A stretch of DNA of 64,000 nt from Perkinsela sp. CCAP 1560/9 (taxonomy: Eukaryota > Protista > Euglenozoa: Kinetoplastea): NCBI GenBank assembly GCA_965644495.1, contig CBFFSA010000014.1, positions 62,001-126,000 on the forward strand, given 5' to 3'. Position numbers and translations under genes: made by a program. The stretch's first letter is position 1. Each line of letters starts with the position of its first letter. Below, in pieces: positions 57,668 to 64,000 of the stretch. The notes under the pieces are model-generated. The model was not told the origin of the DNA. It searched no databases and saw nothing but the letters and a program-made list of their open reading frames with translations.

Positions 57668-58665
57668 TAATGTCGTCATCATAAAAGTACGAATTTGCCC
57701 GAATTAGCGCTTCGTTTGCCGCATGTGCTTCGATTGATGAAATGTATTGAGCAGGGTTCGTCGGTGGCTTTGCTCCTAAACATAATGTATTGTGATTTTT
57801 TCTAAGAAGTACTGCTCCACAGCCTAAATTTAATTACGCCCAAACTTAATTAAGCTCAAAATCGGCCTTTGGGATTAATTAAGTTTGGGCGTAACTAATT
57901 TTAGACCGGTAACATTACTTCTTAACCTTATTAAAAAAAATTAACTATACACCCCTTAAAGGATAGCAGTCCCTCCCTTAATTTTCGTACAGGTGGAGTT
58001 GAGAGCTCATCTTTTTTTAAGAATGTGCAGAACAAAAAAGTAGAGCGTTGCCCGCTATTTTTAGCTCAGTTTAGTTCACATAAAACCAAACGCCGGGCTG
58101 AGATCAAAAAAAATATTACATGGATTTTTGACAATTTTTTCGTGAAAGAAAATCTAAAGTGCATCGAAACCGTCAATTTAGTAGCCTGTGTGATCCCCTA
58201 TATTCTCTATTACCAGACGCATACGCTTTAAATAATTCTTACACATGTTTTCTACAGAATCTATATTTTCGTAATTTTTCACTTATTTTCACACACTTTT
58301 TTTGTCAATTTTAAAATTTTTTGCCACTTTGCTGATGGAAAGTAACTTATTGCTCTCCACAAATTTTTTTACACGAATATCATAAGCAATAGGTCCATAG
58401 TGAAGGTTCCGAGGCCGAGAGAAATGTATTGTCATGAGTTAAAAAGATGAATATCCGGCATGAACTTATTTTTTAGGAAAAAGTATGGTGTTTCGTCGAC
58501 ATGACGATTTTTGACCAGTATTTTTAATCTCATTTTTTTCTCTTGAGCTTTTTTTACGCTGATTCCTTCGGCAAACATACGACAAATTTCGAGATCTATC
58601 GAATGCCGAAGGAATTAGGTCAAAAGCTCGAACGACGAAAAAATGAAGGGGGGGGATTGTTATCC

Positions 58666-59400
58666 TTTAAGAGGTGTATCTCCGAGCAGAGCGAGTACCG
58701 CGAGTACGGTACGCGCGTACGAGTCCCCACTCGCACATTGATAATGCATAGTTACTGCACATTGATAATGCATCACGTGCCGCACATTGATAATGCATAT
58801 AGCACGTTGATGATGCATATAGCACATTGATGATGCATATAGCACATTGATAGTGCATACTAAGCGGCACATTGATATTGCATAGTTACTGCACATTGAT
58901 AATGCATATAGCACATTGATAATGCATATAGCACATTGATAATGCATATAGCACATTGATAATGCATACAGCGCATTGATAATGCATTATTTGGAAATTA
59001 AAGGTGTTTTCAAGAAATAGTGAACACTCGTCTCTGCTCCCGGTGAGGCCCCGGAGTTGCGAGAGGCCCCCATACCCCACAACTACCACCTTCCCCCCCC
59101 TATTTAGCGGGGGTCGCGCGAGCGAAGTCGAAAGGCTGTGTGATATTAGTGTAACGCGCATAAGTACATGCCCGTGTATATAAAGGACGCACATTTATGG
59201 ACAGGAATCGGATGTCTTTGTCACTCTTATCAATGTGCTATATGCATTATTAATGTGCTATACGCATTATCAATGTGCTATATGCATTATCAATGTGCTA
59301 TATGCATTATCAATGTGCTATATGCATTATCAATGTGCCGCTTAGTATGCATTATCAATGTGCGGGCGCCGTCTCGTTCCTTAGCTTATCTACCTTTAAG
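58666..59400. mobile_element. Foldback-like element with inverted 20-bp minisatellite arms
   Basis: (gcacattgataatgcatata)n at 58733-58988 and its reverse complement at 59228-59362. Confidence 0.75.
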
Positions 59401-59574
59401 GTCCATGTACGCCTGTCTTTTCCCATGTACAATAATTCAGACACGTCCGAGTGAATTTCTTGGGCACACCTCTCGGACAAAGATGGTTTCTTGCTTTCGT
59501 CGTTTGTCCTTCACAATGATGCTGTAGTTAATGGGGTTGGGAACCCTTTTGGAGCATACACGTGCATCCGATAA

Positions 59575-60453
59575 TTTAGGCTCTTCGTTAAACGCGGTGG
59601 TTGTTTTCAACTTAGAAGTCACTCATGCTGCGCGCTTCGCGTTGAAAACTACCAACGCGTTTAACGAAGAGCCTAAATAAGAAAATTTGGCCGGGAAAGC
59701 CGAAGAAAACGGAAAGATCATTGCCAAAAATAGCCGATTTTCGGGTAAAAATCGGGTGATTTCTGCGTATTTTCGCTCTCAGAGCACTAAATCCGACATT
59801 TTCGTGTGGGAAATCACTCGCAAGCATAAATGGAAGCCTACCAAACGTATTGGGTAGAGAATGCGACTCGAACCATACCATTCTTTCGACACAAAAAGAC
59901 CCCTTGGGGTCCGAAAAATACTTTTTCACCTTTTTCGGTCAAAAATGGGTCATTTTGGGGGGCACACCACGGCTCGAAGAAGAGATATCTGGAGAAAACA
60001 ACTGTGGAGAAAGCTAGTATAGGTCCCCACCTCTCAAAATACAATAGGGGAAACGATTTTGGAAAAATATCTTTTTTGCAATTTTTTTCGCCAAGTTGAA
60101 TTTTTTTCAAGGAAAAATTTCCGAAAAAGTCCGAACTTGGCGGACCCGTCCTGCGGATGCGCGGGGGGGGGGTCGCCCCCGGGTAGGGGGGTGGAAAATA
60201 CGCGCCAAGACCCCGGCTACCCCTTCTGCAGTTTTTTTTCGAAAAATAATTTTTTCAAAAAAAAATCGTGCGATATGCCCCCCCCTAGACCCCCCATTTT
60301 TTTCAATTCTTTTTTCAGTTTTGGACCACCGGAGCCCCCTTTTATATTTTTTTCTTCTATTATATTACTGTGTTCCTCTTTACATTTTCAATGTTTTTGT
60401 TCACTTTTTTTTCAATAATCGAGGGTAGAGCGATAGTTATACAACCACCGCAA
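59575..60453 (+). mobile_element. Family A reference full-length copy (~880 bp)
   Basis: 5' tttaggctcttcgttaaacgcgg..ttaacgaagagccta hairpin; 3' gcgatagttatacaaccaccgcaa. Confidence 0.9.
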
Positions 60454-61079
60454 TAAGTTCTAACATGGACAATTTACAAAAGGCCTATTTTTAATGCCGT
60501 GGTAGCCTTTTATCAAGACATACGTTTCGGGATTGTAGCTTACGAGCAGAGGGAACGCAAAATTCTGAAATGCCTTTTTTCGTGATTTGTTTGGTATGAG
60601 AGCCAACGGATTGCTGATGCTTGTAATGATAGTGACTAGGCGCTTCAGTTCGACTTCTCACTCCGATGGATGGAGCCAACAATATGCGCATTGAGCGAAG
60701 CTCCCCGAAGTCAAGATAGTTCTGCGAGTCAAAGTAACTGTAAGTTCTCAATCAATTCATGTTTAAATAAAAAAACACTTGTCAACTAACATGAAGGCAT
60801 GCTTGTGCGACGCTATACACGTGTATATTATTTTTGCGTCAATCAGATTATTACGTTCGTCGCCCGAAGCAAGGAGGAAACTTATCACACTATACAAACA
60901 TCAACAGAAAGCTTCAATCGGTTTACCCAAGCATACAAGAGCACATCGATTATCAGACCCTTCACCTATGGTGGAAAAAGCGCAAAGGACTCGATAATGA
61001 TTCTTTGACTCCGCAGAAAACTTCGAATCAACGTCCAAGCATGCTTGCTTATTACGAGGCTTTGATCCGAAGACACTTA

Positions 61080-61388
61080 CTATCCCCCCCTATTTAATAG
61101 GGCTACGTGCGACCCCCCCTTTAATAGGGCCACTTGTCTGGAAGGCCAAAACAGATTTCAGGTAAAGTTAAAAAGTTTGTCGAATCCGCCGCGAAGGGGC
61201 GGATTTTCGTGTCTACCCCAGCAACAAAAAGTGTATCAAAAGGGAGGAGGACCTTGTTTAACGACGATAAAAAAAGGCGCCGCGAGGCGGCGCCGACTTC
61301 TTTTCTTTCACATTATTTTCCATGTACCCCCCCTTTAAAAGGGCATTTTGCCCAAAATCGGAGTCCTATTAAATAGGGGGGGGGATAG
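61080..61388. mobile_element. TA-flanked MITE
   Basis: ctatccccccctatttaatagg / cctattaaatagggg..gatag. Confidence 0.8.
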
Positions 61389-61490
61389 TAAATGAATTAA
61401 TTTTCTTTGGATCATAATCCGCGAATCAGCAATGCACGCCTCAGGCGATATTGATTATATGACAAAACTTATCAACAAGCTTCCACGGCG

Positions 61491-62243
61491 AAAAGGGCCC
61501 AGAAGTGCGCATTTTTGTCATAAAATATTTTTTCCGCTGTTTTTTACAAAGGACGAAAAGTGATCATTTTTCGAGCGAAATAGAGTGCTTTATACGTATT
61601 CGCCGCACCATGATACATGCGTAGCGATAAATTTAGTAGATTATCATCAGCTTTTCCTATTCTTCTAAGCGGGGCGGTAATAATCGTGTACGTCGACTCC
61701 GGGCCGATGGTTCACAGTGGGTTAATGTGGTGGTGAAGACCAATCGCTATCATAAGGCTGAGGAAATCTTTGCAAGCTCTCTCGCTGATCGTCGTGCAGT
61801 GACCACTAATCCCGAAGTGCTGGACTTGGCAGTAAGCCCTAGGACCGTTGATGGACCGTTGATGGATGGCGAGGAAGTGCTGCGTTAGGTGATCGTTTGC
61901 GTCACGGAGTCGTGAATCATCGATGTCATTGGATAGATCCAGAGACAGGAGTCCATACGCAGACAGTTGAGTGCATGAATGGACACCTTAAAAAGCAAGT
62001 ACGCACTCGCGGCACAGGCACGCTTGGACGTGAAGACAACGCCCGCAACGCTCGCTTAAAGTTTAGTGGTGAGGTTGTGAACGGGAAATTAAAACGAGGG
62101 GAGCACTGCGGGCATCCTCTACGTAGACTCTTGCTGGGCGTGCAAATGAACTGTAGACATGTACAGGTTAGTTTAGAGTGAAATGTTTTATAAAATGGTG
62201 AAGTTTAAAAAAGTGTGAAAAATGCGCACTTCTGGGCCCTTTT
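61491..62243 (+). mobile_element. Merlin (IS1016/ISXO2-like) element remnant
   Basis: TIRs aaaagggcccagaagtgcgcattttt / aaaaatgcgcacttctgggccctttt; ORF 61897-62181 HGVVNH..WIDPETGVHTQTVE. No TSD seen. Confidence 0.8.
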
Positions 62244-62244
62244 A

Positions 62245-62525
62245 ACCGCTTCCACTCCTTCACCCCTTCCTGACTCACTCCCTGGAGCGAGTGTGCTTCC
62301 ATCTCTCGGCCTCTCTTCCTCCCGTTCCTGCCTTTCCGAGGAGGCAATGCGTCACGGTGGCCTCCCTTGAGGACCACTAGACGTGTCCTCCGCCGACGAG
62401 ACTCTCGGCTCTCTGCACCTGGCGGTCACCCAGCTCTCTGCACCTTGGCCCTGTCGCAGCTCTCTGCACCCGGATTGCCCCCGAAACTGTAATATGGGGA
62501 TTACGCATCCGGCTCTCTGCGCCTG
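62245..62525. repeat. Dispersed repeat E, inverted paralog of 33600-34005
   Basis: Shared gtggcctcccttgaggaccact core; internal ctctctgcac repeats. Confidence 0.65.
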
Positions 62526-64000
62526 CACGAGATATGCTTCTTTGCATTTGTTTTTGTGTAGGAATGGCATGGAATGGTACCGTTTTCCCCCCTTTTGCTA
62601 AATAGAATTCAGACGGCTGTGGCGCTTATCTCCTTCGCTGAGCATGGGTTGGCTTACCAAGGTCAATAAGTAAAAAGGATATCGGTTGGAGATAAACGAA
62701 GTGCGACGCTTGCCACCTCCGTGGCATTAAGTGGAGATATAAATTTATTACCTCCCTAGGTAATCTGGAATGGTAATGAGATCCACAAAAGTTCTTGTGT
62801 TAAGAACACAGTTCAGTAATAAACACAGAACCATTACATACAAGTGTAAGTACCGGGGCACTCAAGCACTGCAACTGTACTTCTCAACGATATTAAAGCA
62901 CTGTCATGAAACAAGCATCAAGGACTTGAACCTTTCCATGAGCACATCAATATGTCTTCTCGTAGTTGAATAGAAACTCGAAATCCGGTAATTTCTGAGT
63001 GCAACTCCGAAGGCTTTAAGTGTAGTACCCCTTTCATTGGTGAAGTCCAATGATCGGAAAAAAGGCGCGCTCTCAACCGGGTCATGTGTCTAATGGAAAC
63101 GAATGAAGAGTTAGTCAGACCATCCCTTTCGGATACGAAAATGCATATACATGTACATACATGAGATTCAAAAAACAACAATATCAAAGAATACTTTGTA
63201 TTGCATTCAAAGGTAGGTACGGATTCTGTGACATGTTATTTCCGACCATAGGCCTACACGAGAGAGTAAAAAAAGAGAGTAAAAAAATGGAAAATGATGA
63301 GAATTGAAAAAAATTGGACTGTGCATTGAAGATTTAGTTCAAATATCAAAATTGACGCGTATTAAATCCGTAATATTCCATAATAAATATGGAATAAGTT
63401 GTACGGAAATGTCTATTTTGCTTCGATTTTAGGGGCCGTATTTCTTGATTTGAATCTTCTTGCTTAATGCTTCGTTAATGCTTATAAAATAGGTTAAAAA
63501 ACACTTTATTTGCACTCAATGTTCCTTTGTTCTGTCAATGGGTTATGGTACAATCGAACGTTGTAAAAGAAAAAAGGGTAACCGGCACTATAAATGTAGG
63601 TTAAAATCCATTTTTTTCTGATGATTTTTTTCCGCTCGAAAAAACTTTTACGTGACTTTTTAAAATGTTTCCACTCATACTCATGACGTTCCAACTTATA
63701 TTTCAATGCTTGGAATACTCAATGGACCGCCCAGGATATGCTACATTGGTCTACTACATTGGTCTACTTGGTATTGGTGACCTGTAAAAAGGATAAGGTG
63801 CGCTCCCAGACACTCCCATCCAGTTTGAACCCTCTTGGAAGCCACCACGGCTACCCCCTTCGCGTTGAGAACTGTTTCCGCGTTTAATGAAGAGACTAAA
63901 AAGGAAAAAATTGCGAAACGATCCAGAATAATCCAACTTTTGGTACAAATACCCGATTCTCCCCATATTTCGTATTCTCCCCATATTTCGGACGTTTTTT

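Noticed and set aside
45160-59362. CRISPR-like arrays (27-, 170-, 82- and 20-bp repeats)
   Set aside because: Head-to-tail repeats without unique spacers, no cas genes, eukaryotic context.

Overview
Eukaryotic, almost certainly kinetoplastid-type, genomic window. All recognisable host genes are intronless and on the minus strand, like one polycistronic cluster, and a spliced-leader (SL) RNA-like sequence lies at 34129-34162. Host genes: a mitochondrial-type class I release factor (GGQ; runs off the left edge and is missing from the ORF track), a SAP-domain protein, WD40-like, PPR-like, degenerate SET-like and ILEI/PANDER-like proteins, several hypotheticals, and 10 members of a short LRR-only family (8 open, 2 disrupted, 2 from a recent 1.6-kb duplication). 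Intergenic DNA is packed with often nested mobile elements. These include an apparently intact hAT-like element whose 874-aa transposase has Asp in place of the catalytic Glu (3 diverged copies, CATA ends, about 6-bp TSD), two Tc1-like elements with DD32E spacing, BED-hAT, pogo and Merlin remnants, CRE-clade non-LTR fragments, a tRNA-derived SINE with a 13-bp TSD, many TA-flanked MITEs, and an ~880-bp hairpin-ended element without TSD (Helitron2/Helentron-like). All calls are by eye from the sequence and ORF track; no searches were run.
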